Assembly: GCA_963833485.1 (NCBI GenBank)
Contig: CAWHXT010000006.1
Span: forward strand, 31,900-95,899
Length of the DNA stretch: 64,000 nucleotides
DNA from: an uncultured Candidatus Micrarchaeota archaeon
Lineage (GTDB): Archaea > Micrarchaeota > Micrarchaeia > Micrarchaeales > CABMGC01
Direction of reading: 5' to 3'
Shown: positions 42,293 through 52,270 of the stretch, one piece after another
Layout of the letters: each line of letters starts with the position of its first letter
Position numbering within the stretch: position 1 is the stretch's first letter
The notes under the pieces: generated by a model
The model's input: only the letters and a program-made list of their open reading frames with translations
Databases searched by the model: none
What the model was told of the DNA's origin: nothing
Program-made: the position numbers and the translations under genes

Positions 42293-43807
42293 ATGGCGAA
42301 GCTTAGGAAGAAACTTTACGTCATAGGTGTAGATTCAGCTCCGCTCTGGATGATAAGGAAGCTAGGTGAGAGATACAATATGAAAGGCTTTGAGATGTTT
42401 CTTGAGAGCGGCTCTCTTGTAGAGCTTGAATCTACGATGCCGCCAGTCAGCTCTCCCGCCTGGGCTAGTATGTACTCTGGGCTTGAACCGAAGGAGCATG
42501 AGGTCATGGACTTTCTCCACATCGACAGGAAGTACACAAAGCAGCTAATATATTATGACTCAGAGAAAGAGGGAGCGGTCTTCTGGCGCGCGCTCGCAAA
42601 GAAAGGTCTACGATGTCTCGTCGTGACGCCGCCGATGATACTAACAAAATCGAATCTTAGCAGGATAGATCTTGTTACTGGCTGGCCCCTCTCGCCTAGC
42701 TACAGCTCAGGGGAGCTCGAGAAAGCAGCCAAGAAGTTTGAGTTCAACGGAGAGCCGCACTTCGGCTCTGACTTCGAGGAAGGAAAGCTGAGCATAGCTC
42801 AGATGAGTGAGAGGTACGTGAAGAGTTGCAAAGCAAGGGCAGGGTTGGCAGAATATCTGATGACTAGAAAAGATTATGATTTTGTATTCGTGTGCTTCAC
42901 AGAGACTGACAGGATACAGCACTTCGCGTTCAGGGAGAAGGGCGACAGCTGGGAGAAGTACATCGCGCCGATATACAGCGAGATATCGACGTTTATAGAG
43001 AGGGTCATGCGAATAGCGTCGCAGCACGGTGAAGAGGCTGAGGTGATGCTGCTCTCGGATCACGGGACGCAGATCATAGACAAGGAGTTCCTGATAAACG
43101 CATGGCTCGTGAACCACGGCTACGCGACCCTGAAAGAGAAGGTCTACGAAAAGTACGTGAGACAGCAGAGAAATGCGGTTAAGAGAGGGTTCGATGCGAA
43201 GAGGTTCATCATCAACAAGGCGCTTAAGATTCCGTACAGGAGAAAAATGTACGACATCATGCCTAGCAGCATGAAGAAGGTGGCGAACGACGTCCTCGAG
43301 AGAGGCACAGACCAGAAAAGGTCTGACAGCAGGTACATGAAGATACTTGAGGCGGACTTTGACATGAGGAAGACTCAGGCATTCGCCTCGATCTCGTACG
43401 GCGCAGTTGGCATGATCTGGATAAACGACGGCAGATTCTCGATCCCAGGCACGAGCGAAGCCAAGAGGGTGAAGAGCGGAATAGTCAGAGGACTGAAAGG
43501 GATAAAGGACGAAAAGGGGGAGAGGCTAGTGGCGAAAATCGTAGATGGAAAAACGTACTATAAAGGAGCACACTCTTTCATAGCGCCAGACATTCTCGTG
43601 CTGCTTGCAGAGGGTTATGTGGTAGACTTCTCATACTACTCAAAGAGCGAGCTACTGATGGATCCAGAATCCGCGAGGACTGGAGACCACACGATGTACG
43701 GGGTTTTCGGGATGATAACTAGTAGGGGGAAGGCTGTACGCGTTCCTCGTACTAAGGGTATGAAGATCAGCGAAGTGAAGGGAATCATAGAAAGATACTT
43801 CTCATAA
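42293..43807 (+). CDS. alkaline-phosphatase-superfamily protein (type I phosphodiesterase/nucleotide pyrophosphatase-like, COG3379 type)
   Basis: LYVIGVDSAPLWMI, MPPVSSPAWASMYSG, CFTETDRIQH and LLSDHG. ATG at 42293. Confidence 0.65.
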   Translation: MAKLRKKLYVIGVDSAPLWMIRKLGERYNMKGFEMFLESGSLVELESTMPPVSSPAWASMYSGLEPKEHEVMDFLHIDRKYTKQLIYYDSEKEGAVFWRALAKKGLRCLVVTPPMILTKSNLSRIDLVTGWPLSPSYSSGELEKAAKKFEFNGEPHFGSDFEEGKLSIAQMSERYVKSCKARAGLAEYLMTRKDYDFVFVCFTETDRIQHFAFREKGDSWEKYIAPIYSEISTFIERVMRIASQHGEEAEVMLLSDHGTQIIDKEFLINAWLVNHGYATLKEKVYEKYVRQQRNAVKRGFDAKRFIINKALKIPYRRKMYDIMPSSMKKVANDVLERGTDQKRSDSRYMKILEADFDMRKTQAFASISYGAVGMIWINDGRFSIPGTSEAKRVKSGIVRGLKGIKDEKGERLVAKIVDGKTYYKGAHSFIAPDILVLLAEGYVVDFSYYSKSELLMDPESARTGDHTMYGVFGMITSRGKAVRVPRTKGMKISEVKGIIERYFS

Positions 43808-43815
43808 AATCTACT

Positions 43816-44580
43816 TCAGTTCCTCCAGAATATGCTCTCCCCTCCCAATCCCTCGACTTTTTTCAGCTGTGCTTCGTATGCGCTGTTCAGCTGGCTCTTG
43901 TATATCTTGTTGAACTGTCGCATCTTCTCTCCAGCTACAAACCTCTTGCTCGAATGGTTCTCAAACCCTTTCTTGATGTCTCTCTTCAGCTCCTCCATCG
44001 AGCCGTACCTTGCGACGTATGGGATGTCTGCGAATATCCCGACCTTGACTCTCTTGCTTACGGTCTCTGCACCTGTGCTTAGTATCTTGTGGTCCATGTT
44101 GTCCCCGAAGCCTCCCGGGAATATCACAGTGGTGTTCTTCGGCTTTAGCTGTGAGACAATCGAATCGATGATCTTGTCTAGTTTCAGTTTGTAGAAGTGC
44201 TTCTCGACCCCAGATTGCGAATAGCCCTGCATGTAAGTTCCTACTCCCTTCAACCTGACGTCTCTTAAGCCTAGGAAGAAGGGGACATAGCGTATGTGCA
44301 ACGAGGAGAGATAGCTTGCGTATCCCAGCTCTTCTCTCATCTTAGCTACGCTGGTCTTAGCAAGCAGCTCGAAGTTCCTGCGCTTGATCTTTGCTCCCGC
44401 AGACGTGGCTGACATCGTGAACACGTTCACGCCTATGATGTTCCTGCCGAGCTCCCCAGATTTAATGAAGTTTCCAAGGGAGAAGAATATGTCATCAGTA
44501 TGCGGGGAGAATATCAGCGTGATCCTTTCGTCTAGGAAGTAGAGCCTCTGCATGTGGTCCAAAACGTCTTTTACAAACAT
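43816..44580 (-). CDS. PIG-L/LmbE-like deacetylase candidate
   Basis: 254 aa. LIFSPHTDDIFFSLG resembles the (A/P)HPDD motif and GGFGDNMDHKIL resembles the HxDH motif. Confidence 0.45.
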   Translation of the reverse strand: MFVKDVLDHMQRLYFLDERITLIFSPHTDDIFFSLGNFIKSGELGRNIIGVNVFTMSATSAGAKIKRRNFELLAKTSVAKMREELGYASYLSSLHIRYVPFFLGLRDVRLKGVGTYMQGYSQSGVEKHFYKLKLDKIIDSIVSQLKPKNTTVIFPGGFGDNMDHKILSTGAETVSKRVKVGIFADIPYVARYGSMEELKRDIKKGFENHSSKRFVAGEKMRQFNKIYKSQLNSAYEAQLKKVEGLGGESIFWRN

Positions 44581-44591
44581 TGCAACACCGT

Positions 44592-45782
44592 TCAGTTGAG
44601 ATTGCCTGGGGTGAACATCTGTCTTATCTTCTTGATAGACCCCTCAGCACTATATCCCTTCATTATATTCCTATTAATATACTTTTTAAGTTTTAGGTAC
44701 GCATCCCTGTCCCTCTCCCAAAGCGTGTAGTACTCAGATATGTAGGAGGAAAATTCGTTTATGTCGTATGGTCTTGCCAACCTTCCCTGCTTCTCGTCTG
44801 TAAAGATGTATTTCGTGTCGTCCTGCCTGAAGGCTATGAACGGCACCCCGTACGCCTGCGCCTCAAGTATCGTAAGCTTGAACATCGCGTGCCTTGATGG
44901 CATAAGAAGCAGGTTGCTCTTCGCATACTCAGCCCTTAGCTTCTTGTCAGCCAAAAAGCCCAAGTCGTAAACATTATCTGGATATCTGCTTGCAAGATCC
45001 TTGATTATCTGCTCACCGTCCTCACCTTCTCCCGCAAAATGAAACCTGATCTCCGGATTCTTTATGAGAGTCTTTTGTATCGCTTCGCTAAGCAGGTCTA
45101 GGCCATTCACATGAGTTGAGAACCTACCTGCGAACAGGGCGATGAACTCCTTCCTGTTTATGCCTACTTCTTTCCAATTCACGTCGAAATAGAGGAAGTT
45201 CGGAATTGAAAAGATCTTGCCCTTGTATCCTATTTTCTCAAGCATTTGCCTTACGTTATCGGTGGTCACGTGTATGTTTGGCAAGGTTCTCAGAAGGTTT
45301 CTGAACACTGCTTTCTGTATGTTGAGCCATCCTGTATTCTTGTCTAGTTCCCTGAAACCGATCACGTTGTGCGCACCGTAGATTCTCTTCTTTCCATAAA
45401 GATTGCAGAACAGGTTTATCCAGGTCCAGCTGAATGGGTTGAAGCTAAGATAGTATACTATGTCGGACTTCTTTATCACTTCCCCGAGTCTGCCGACTGA
45501 TTTTGGGCCGAGTATTCGCATCACATACTCGTCGGTCCCGAAGGCCTTCATCTTTATCCCTGCGCACTTAAGGTCGATAATCTTCACTCCGCGTAGGTCG
45601 TACTGTTTCTTCAGTCCCTCCATTGAAATAGAAATGGCGTCCTTGTTCGAAACCTGGTTTACTATAGTGATGTCGTAATCCCTGCGTATCCTTGACACTA
45701 CCTCCAGCGCCCACCTCTCGCCTCCACCGAGGGTGTACAAGCAGTTTACGATTATTGTAAGTGATGTTTTCCCGCCCTGCAT
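44592..45782 (-). CDS. glycosyltransferase family 4 (GT-B)
   Basis: 396 aa with the C-terminal EX7E-like region LLLMPSRHAMFKLTILEAQAYGVPFIAF. Confidence 0.75.
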   Translation of the reverse strand: MQGGKTSLTIIVNCLYTLGGGERWALEVVSRIRRDYDITIVNQVSNKDAISISMEGLKKQYDLRGVKIIDLKCAGIKMKAFGTDEYVMRILGPKSVGRLGEVIKKSDIVYYLSFNPFSWTWINLFCNLYGKKRIYGAHNVIGFRELDKNTGWLNIQKAVFRNLLRTLPNIHVTTDNVRQMLEKIGYKGKIFSIPNFLYFDVNWKEVGINRKEFIALFAGRFSTHVNGLDLLSEAIQKTLIKNPEIRFHFAGEGEDGEQIIKDLASRYPDNVYDLGFLADKKLRAEYAKSNLLLMPSRHAMFKLTILEAQAYGVPFIAFRQDDTKYIFTDEKQGRLARPYDINEFSSYISEYYTLWERDRDAYLKLKKYINRNIMKGYSAEGSIKKIRQMFTPGNLN

Positions 45783-45871
45783 GCGAACACCTTTTCCGAT
45801 TTATATAAAGCTTATTAACCTGAACATAATAAATATTAATCCCAGAGCCCAATCTTTTTGATAGATAAAAC

Positions 45872-46954
45872 GTGTTGCTAATGCAAAAGCTTTCCGTACT
45901 AGTTTTCTCGCGAAACGACTCAAAAAACTTAATGAGCCTGATAAACCACGTTTACGAGATAGCAGACCAGATAGTCATAGTAGACTCTAGCGACAGGCAG
46001 GGGTTCGATTTCGTAAAGAAAGAGATCGCTGGAAGGAAGCTAAACAAGGTGGAGCTGTATCACGTGCTTGCGCTCGGCTACCCAGACCCGACTAGGCAGT
46101 ACGGATTGAACAAGTGCAGGTACGATTGGGTCCTCTACCTTGACGTTGACGAAAGAATCAACCGCGAGCTCCTTACTGACATATCAGAGATGATAAGCAA
46201 AACGAAGGCGCAGGCGTTCGCGATAAAAAGATTTGAAGAAGTGAGGACGAACGAGATAAACGGAGACTCCATCAACAAGCCGTTTTACACGTGGCAAGTT
46301 AGGCTCTACAACAGGAGACACGTGACTTACAGAGGCACGCTGCACGAGCAGCCGATTATAGACGGGACCACACTCAAGCTAGATCATAAGTATTACATGA
46401 TGCACATCGTGGAACTCAGGCCTTACACGAACGCACCATACAACAAGCTGGAGGTATTCGACAGACTTTCGTATGAGACTCTCAACAACAGACTCTTGGG
46501 CTATGCTTCGAAGATGGTGGTACCGGACAGCGGCAGCATAGAGAGTAAGAAGCGGGGAAAGGTGCTAGCGTCTGCGCTGAAGCTCTACCAGAAGCTCGGG
46601 CGCAAGAGGGACGAACAGGAGATAAGTGACCTCGATTACTTCATGCTGTTCACGGCACGCGACATGGTGTACGCATACAAGAGCAGGAAACTGCGAAGGA
46701 TGCTTGGAGTGGTACCAGACAGGCTGGCGTACCTGAAGAGACTGAGATCGTGGAAGAGCGGCAAAGAGAGCAGTATGATGTTCGAGATATCAAACATAAT
46801 AGAGAAGGAGGGCATGATAAAGTACCTAAAACTCGACGACAATAATATTATAGCGAAGTTGAACAGGAAATATGAATGGAAAAAGCAGGGGATAGAGGGG
46901 ATAGAGTTGCTGATAATGCTGCTTAAGAAAAGGTACAGCGGAGACTATCCATAG
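45872..46954 (+). CDS. glycosyltransferase family 2
   Basis: 360 aa with LSVLVFSRNDSKNL, IVIVDSSD and YLDVDE (DxD) motifs. Confidence 0.7.
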   Translation: MLLMQKLSVLVFSRNDSKNLMSLINHVYEIADQIVIVDSSDRQGFDFVKKEIAGRKLNKVELYHVLALGYPDPTRQYGLNKCRYDWVLYLDVDERINRELLTDISEMISKTKAQAFAIKRFEEVRTNEINGDSINKPFYTWQVRLYNRRHVTYRGTLHEQPIIDGTTLKLDHKYYMMHIVELRPYTNAPYNKLEVFDRLSYETLNNRLLGYASKMVVPDSGSIESKKRGKVLASALKLYQKLGRKRDEQEISDLDYFMLFTARDMVYAYKSRKLRRMLGVVPDRLAYLKRLRSWKSGKESSMMFEISNIIEKEGMIKYLKLDDNNIIAKLNRKYEWKKQGIEGIELLIMLLKKRYSGDYP

Positions 46955-47038
46955 AATGTTTATAAATCTTAAATGCTTAGCTCTAAACATCTTCTGCATA
47001 AATTATAAATAGCTGCTTTGTGGAATTAATGTGATTTT

Positions 47039-49681
47039 TTGGAACAGACTACTCATACTCATCAAACGGAGGTTAGCAAAACGGTGCAACCTTCGAGTAT
47101 GGACTTGAATCTAATTTTGACCATCGCCGTTTTGGCGCTCATAGTAATAGTTACTATATACTTCAGGGTGAGCCTGCTCAAGTATTTCGGATTCTACGAG
47201 CCTGACGGATTCTACCACTTTTCTATAATAAGGGAGATAGTAAACAATGGATTTCTCCCCCCTAAATATTCGCTCTTGTCTGGATGGCCTGTCCATGCGG
47301 CGATAAACGCAGAGCCGCTCGGACTGTACTATGCCACTGTCATCCCTTACTTCTTCTTGAGGTTCTTTGGAGTAAGTTACTACACTGTGATGAGGTTCGT
47401 ACCAGTTCTCTTTGCGTTCCTTGACATAATCTTTGCATATCTCCTTGTGCGCAAGTTCAATAAAGACAGGGCGCTCAGCCTGCTTGTCGCTCTGTTCATA
47501 GGCTTGAGCATGGGCGACGCAGCAAGAACCAGTACAACGATATATAGAGGCGATGGATTCGTCACCGCTTTTCTGCTGATTGCCCTGATATTCATAATCG
47601 ACGCGATAAGGGCGAATAAAAGAAACGACAAGCTGAAGTATGCTCTCGCTTCCGCATTCACCTTGAGCATCGGCAACCTGGTCTGGAACGGGGCAGCCTT
47701 CGCTATTGCAACATGCATCGCATTCATTGTTGTGATGGCGCTTTACGCCTTCATCAAGGAGGACAAGAACCTGTTCGAAAGCCTGGATTATCTTCTCGGC
47801 GCGATGTTCGTATGGTGGATACTCGCAAACATCTACCTGAAGCTGGGATGGATAAGGGTGCAGAGTTTTGTTGGCTACTACTTCATACTACTCCTTATCA
47901 TACTCCTGCTAGGCATACAGCTGTTAAGGTACTTCATAAAGAACAAGCACAGGTTCGGGGTCTATACAAAAGGTGTCTGGAACAAGATAGCGACATTTAC
48001 TGTGATAATAATCATAGGCGTGCTGGTCGTGTATGCACTGGCGCCATCATTCGTATATGAGATCTTCACAGGCAACGGGTTCGTGGTAACCAGCAGCTTT
48101 GCGGCCACAATAGAGGAGCTGCAGGCGCCTAGCCCGGCTTTCCTATTTGCAAGCTTCGGCCCAACGCTCTTCACTACTCCAATGGCCCTTATGATATACT
48201 TCTCGTCATTCATCAACTTCGGAAAGGACTTTTTCCTTCTCCTGATCGCAGTCTGCTTCCTGCCATACCTGTTCATGCAGGTAGATGGAGTGGACGAAAA
48301 GAAGGGATTCTTCAGCGGAAAAGCGGTTTTCAGATTCGAGCTGAGTGACGTGATGATAATGCTGATAATCTTCTACCTGCTTACAGCATACCTACAGATA
48401 AACACGGTGAGGTTCAACTCGCTGCTTGCGGTGCCATTTGCGATATTCACTGCGTACACGTTCTACTGGATCATCCTGTACCTTAAGGACAACAAGGACA
48501 AGATAGCAATCATCTTCCTGTTTTTGCTTCTCCTATTTGCGCTTCGCGCACTCTTAAACACACTCTTCCTGATCATGCAGTTCTTCATGCCCACGCCGTC
48601 AATGATCTTATATTTAGTATTTGTAGCTGTCGCTCTGATCGCCTTCTACTTCATTACAAGGTGGGCGAAGAACTGGGGTCAGCTGGCTTACATGAAGATA
48701 GGTTTGGTATTGCTGGCGCTGTTCATCGCAGCTTTGGTGGTGGTGGACTACACCTATGCTATCAACCTAGTCCAGGCGGACAACATCAACCCTAGTTTCA
48801 TATCCGCAATGCAGTGGGTCAACAAGAGCACCACTAATGGGTCGGTGTTCCTCACTCTTTGGCCTGACGGATCTTTGGTGGAGGGGGTGGGCAACAGGAT
48901 AAGCATAACTGACAGTGTCGGATCCCAGCTTGCAACGTTCGCAAACCCTTATGCTGCATGGATATTCAACACAAGCGGGGACCCGCAGTTCCTCACGGGC
49001 AACCTGAGCAACAGGCCGAACTACCTGCTCGTCAGGTACTCTTGGCTTCTTGAGACGAGCGGGATATTCACAGAGAGCGGCTACAACCTGAACAACTACA
49101 ATTCGAGTGAGGTATCTAGACTTCTTTCGAGCATCGGGGCGAAAAGCGTATCGCAGCTCAACGCAAGCCAGGAGAACTATCTCAATAACTCGCTAGCGCA
49201 GCTATACGGCTACAACGTCTTCACGATCTACAAAGAGGTAATTAACGGGAGCATGAAAGAGATATTCATGGAGAACCCTGCTACGCTTCTAGCGGGAGAG
49301 GTGCTCATAAACAGCAGCGGCGCGATGAGCAAGGTCAGCGGCTACCTAGTCGTTGGGAACAACCAGTTCTCTCCGTTCAGGAGAATAATATTCTACAACG
49401 TGTTGAACGGCAGCTATTCGAAGGTCGACCAGAACAACTTCAACAGCACGAACAACCAGACCCTGCTAATAGAGTTCTCGCCGTTAAGCAAGACGACCAT
49501 ACCGATAAACATCACTGGGATATACATGCTCAACACAGGTATAACGAACAGCAACATGTTCAAGTTCCTGTTCGAATGCAGCGCTGACAGCTGCGATTGG
49601 AACAACAGCGTCGCATCGCTGCATCTTGTCTACATGAACTTGGATTCCAAGATCTTCAAGATAGACTACAACAGCAGCTAA
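47039..49681 (+). CDS. GT-C fold membrane glycosyltransferase, AglB/STT3-like oligosaccharyltransferase candidate with divergent motifs
   Basis: 880 aa, about 13 TM segments then a soluble C-terminal domain. First loop FGFYEPDGFYHFSIIREIV, second motif SMGDAARTSTTIYRGDGFVTAF (compare STT3 RS..G.yDne). LTLWPDGSLVEG occupies the position of WWDYG. Confidence 0.55.
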   Translation: MEQTTHTHQTEVSKTVQPSSMDLNLILTIAVLALIVIVTIYFRVSLLKYFGFYEPDGFYHFSIIREIVNNGFLPPKYSLLSGWPVHAAINAEPLGLYYATVIPYFFLRFFGVSYYTVMRFVPVLFAFLDIIFAYLLVRKFNKDRALSLLVALFIGLSMGDAARTSTTIYRGDGFVTAFLLIALIFIIDAIRANKRNDKLKYALASAFTLSIGNLVWNGAAFAIATCIAFIVVMALYAFIKEDKNLFESLDYLLGAMFVWWILANIYLKLGWIRVQSFVGYYFILLLIILLLGIQLLRYFIKNKHRFGVYTKGVWNKIATFTVIIIIGVLVVYALAPSFVYEIFTGNGFVVTSSFAATIEELQAPSPAFLFASFGPTLFTTPMALMIYFSSFINFGKDFFLLLIAVCFLPYLFMQVDGVDEKKGFFSGKAVFRFELSDVMIMLIIFYLLTAYLQINTVRFNSLLAVPFAIFTAYTFYWIILYLKDNKDKIAIIFLFLLLLFALRALLNTLFLIMQFFMPTPSMILYLVFVAVALIAFYFITRWAKNWGQLAYMKIGLVLLALFIAALVVVDYTYAINLVQADNINPSFISAMQWVNKSTTNGSVFLTLWPDGSLVEGVGNRISITDSVGSQLATFANPYAAWIFNTSGDPQFLTGNLSNRPNYLLVRYSWLLETSGIFTESGYNLNNYNSSEVSRLLSSIGAKSVSQLNASQENYLNNSLAQLYGYNVFTIYKEVINGSMKEIFMENPATLLAGEVLINSSGAMSKVSGYLVVGNNQFSPFRRIIFYNVLNGSYSKVDQNNFNSTNNQTLLIEFSPLSKTTIPINITGIYMLNTGITNSNMFKFLFECSADSCDWNNSVASLHLVYMNLDSKIFKIDYNSS

Positions 49682-49745
49682 AGGCGCAAATAGACGAATC
49701 ATAAGATAAATCTTTTAAAGCGGGGAACATAGTAATATTGATCGG

Positions 49746-50468
49746 ATGCGAACTACAGTCACTGACGAGATGCGTGCTGGGAGGGAGGAGTACCTAAGCG
49801 CACTTAAGAGCGTCTACTTCAACCAAATTCCGTTGAAGGAGGGCAATTACGAAGCACGCAGAGAGGAGTATGGAATCGGACCAGATCCTTTTGTTCTGCA
49901 CGCCGAACAGATTGCAACTCAGAGCCTTGGTAGGACACACCTTTCGGTATATGAGTTTGGCGCAGGCTACGGAGGAAATGCGAGAGCCCTTGCAAAAATG
50001 GGACATCATGTTTTAGCGACTGATGTATCAGTGCCTGTGATGAGAGAGCTTAATGAGGATATGGCAAAGGAGGGAGTGCAGCTAACGGCCTATCCTTCAA
50101 ACCTTCTTGCAATGCTGAACGATGATTCTAGAAGGAGAGGATTGGATGCTGAGTTCCCCCCTAATGTTGGATTCGAAAGATTTCCTGGAAACTTTAACCT
50201 CATAGTTGGTATAAGGGTCCTGCACAACCTGTCAATTGAACACGCAAGACTCTGGTTGGATCTAATAAAGAGGCGCACGACTCCTCTAGGAGTGAATGTA
50301 ATCCAAGTATTGCGAGTTGATGAGAGTGCAGGTAGCACAGCAAGCGAATTCTTCTACTGGCGTGATGAGTTGGACAAGGTTTATGAGGGATGGAAGATAC
50401 TAGAGCATGTTGAAGATAGAAAGTACAGGTCTCACATAATAGCCCAGAAGCCACTATTGAGAAGCTAA
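49746..50468 (+). CDS. class I SAM-dependent methyltransferase
   Basis: 240 aa with motif I VYEFGAGYGGNARALAKMGHHVLATDVS. Confidence 0.7.
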   Translation: MRTTVTDEMRAGREEYLSALKSVYFNQIPLKEGNYEARREEYGIGPDPFVLHAEQIATQSLGRTHLSVYEFGAGYGGNARALAKMGHHVLATDVSVPVMRELNEDMAKEGVQLTAYPSNLLAMLNDDSRRRGLDAEFPPNVGFERFPGNFNLIVGIRVLHNLSIEHARLWLDLIKRRTTPLGVNVIQVLRVDESAGSTASEFFYWRDELDKVYEGWKILEHVEDRKYRSHIIAQKPLLRS

Positions 50469-50480
50469 GCTAATTGTTTG

Positions 50481-50509
50481 AAAGAAAAAGAAAAAGAAAA
50501 AAGAAAAAA
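50481..50509 (-). terminator. oligo-T tract 10 nt downstream of the 50519..50890 gene
   Basis: The plus strand reads aaagaaaaagaaaaagaaaaaagaaaaaa, giving T5-T6 runs on the minus strand immediately after the TAA at 50519-50521. Confidence 0.4.
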
Positions 50510-50518
50510 CCTTGCTGC

Positions 50519-50890
50519 TTACATCATTGCCCAGCCGAGTCCGAACCAGGCTAGGATGAATCCTATCAAGCTAGCATAGAACCACATGGTTCCTCCAGAA
50601 GCGATTGATATAGCAACCAATCCTATCGATGCCATCTTGACCGACTTTCCTGCCATAGCCTGCATCTCCTTGCCCCAGCCATTCATGAATCCAGCCAGAG
50701 ACATAAAGAGAAGTCCGACTGCGCTAATAGTTGCAGCTCCGAATATTAGGGACCAGAATATGTTGCCTAAAGAACTTAGGTCGCCTAACTTTCCTGCCCA
50801 TCCACTCCATGCTCCGAATACTACATACAGGAAGGCTAAGCTTCCGAGTAGTATCAGCAAGGAAATGCCTGGGTTGTTTCCTTTCGCCAT
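50519..50890 (-). CDS. small four-TM membrane protein
   Basis: 123-aa Gly/Ala/Trp-rich hydrophobic ORF. No family recognised. Confidence 0.5.
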   Translation of the reverse strand: MAKGNNPGISLLILLGSLAFLYVVFGAWSGWAGKLGDLSSLGNIFWSLIFGAATISAVGLLFMSLAGFMNGWGKEMQAMAGKSVKMASIGLVAISIASGGTMWFYASLIGFILAWFGLGWAMM

Positions 50891-51044
50891 ATACTCACAG
50901 TAGTAACACGAAAGATAAGTTTTTAAGACTATCTATGATCGTAGACATAAGCTTAGACAAAAGACGAATACATTCTTACTCTTACTAAAAAATAGCAGCG
51001 AACGGAGCATTTATAATAGATAATCGCGAGAAAAAAGTGATAGT

Positions 51045-52163
51045 ATGAAGTTTGGCTTCGCCTCAGACGCCGCGTACCCCTGGTTCAACGGGGGGATGGA
51101 GAAGAGGCGCTATCTCATAATGCGCTCCCTGGTGGAAAAGGGACATGAGGTCCACTGCTTCACGATGTATAGAGAGGGGATGGATGGTAGGGAGTTCGTG
51201 TGGGAGGGGATACACTACCACTGCGTCGGAAACGCAACCCCTTCAGAAAAGATGTACGTAAATGGTAGGAGGAACATCAGGTGGCCCATGAGCTACGCGA
51301 GCAGGGTGCTCAGCAAGATAAGGAAGCACAAGCTGGACCTGATAGACACAGAGGCTTTCCCGTTTCTTCATATACCTCCGATCGCATTGTACGCGAAGTT
51401 GACGCGCACCAAGTTTCTGGTCACATGGCACGAGGTATGGAGCAGAGGATACTGGAGGGAGTATCTCGGATCCCTTGGCAGGATCGGCTACAGAGCCGAG
51501 AAGCTGAGTGCGAGCATGTGCGAGAACAGGATAGCAGCAAGCAGCATCCCAAAGATGGCGCTCGAGAAGGAGTTCAAGGTAGACGGAAGGACCATACAGG
51601 TCTTTCCAGCAGCGGTTTCGAGCACAGAGATAAACAGATGCTTTAATAAGAGGTCAAAGAAATCTGGAAGGCTCATTGTGATTGGCAGGCTTGTTCCTGA
51701 AAAGAGGATAGAGCTTGCGGTGCGCGCTGCAGCTGAGAGCGGCGTAAAGCTTGACGTAGTGGGCAGAGGCCCAGAGAAGTCAAGGTTGATGGAGATAACA
51801 AGGAGGCTGCATGCCTCAAACAGGATAAAGTTCTATGAAGGCATACCAGAAGCGCAGCTCTCCAGGATGATAAAGGATGCGTCTGCGCTGCTGATGTTTT
51901 CCGAGAGGGAAGGATTGTCGATTGTAACTGTGGAGGCGCTCGCACTTGGCACGCCGGTCATAATTCTTGAAAGCACCTCCCTGCCAGCTGAGCTGAAGAG
52001 GCTTTGCCACCAGATCGACCAGAGAAACATAGCTGGAGAGCTTAGGAGACTCGTGAAAGATAAACACTCTGTTATATACAAGCCAAAGATAGACAGGAAG
52101 AAGGTACTGAACGAGTTCTCCGCAGACACAAGCGAGCAGGTTTACATGAGGTTTGTGGGATAA
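51045..52163 (+). CDS. glycosyltransferase family 4 (GT-B)
   Basis: 372 aa with LLMFSEREGLSIVTVEALALGTPVII (the E-x7-E region). Confidence 0.8.
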   Translation: MKFGFASDAAYPWFNGGMEKRRYLIMRSLVEKGHEVHCFTMYREGMDGREFVWEGIHYHCVGNATPSEKMYVNGRRNIRWPMSYASRVLSKIRKHKLDLIDTEAFPFLHIPPIALYAKLTRTKFLVTWHEVWSRGYWREYLGSLGRIGYRAEKLSASMCENRIAASSIPKMALEKEFKVDGRTIQVFPAAVSSTEINRCFNKRSKKSGRLIVIGRLVPEKRIELAVRAAAESGVKLDVVGRGPEKSRLMEITRRLHASNRIKFYEGIPEAQLSRMIKDASALLMFSEREGLSIVTVEALALGTPVIILESTSLPAELKRLCHQIDQRNIAGELRRLVKDKHSVIYKPKIDRKKVLNEFSADTSEQVYMRFVG

Positions 52164-52270
52164 AAAGAAACCTAGCTGATAATTTAACCAAGAATTTTAT
52201 TGAAGTACTGTTGTAAAATCGTATAGACAAGGTTTATAAAGATTCGAAACGCAATCCTTTTGCTGGTCTT

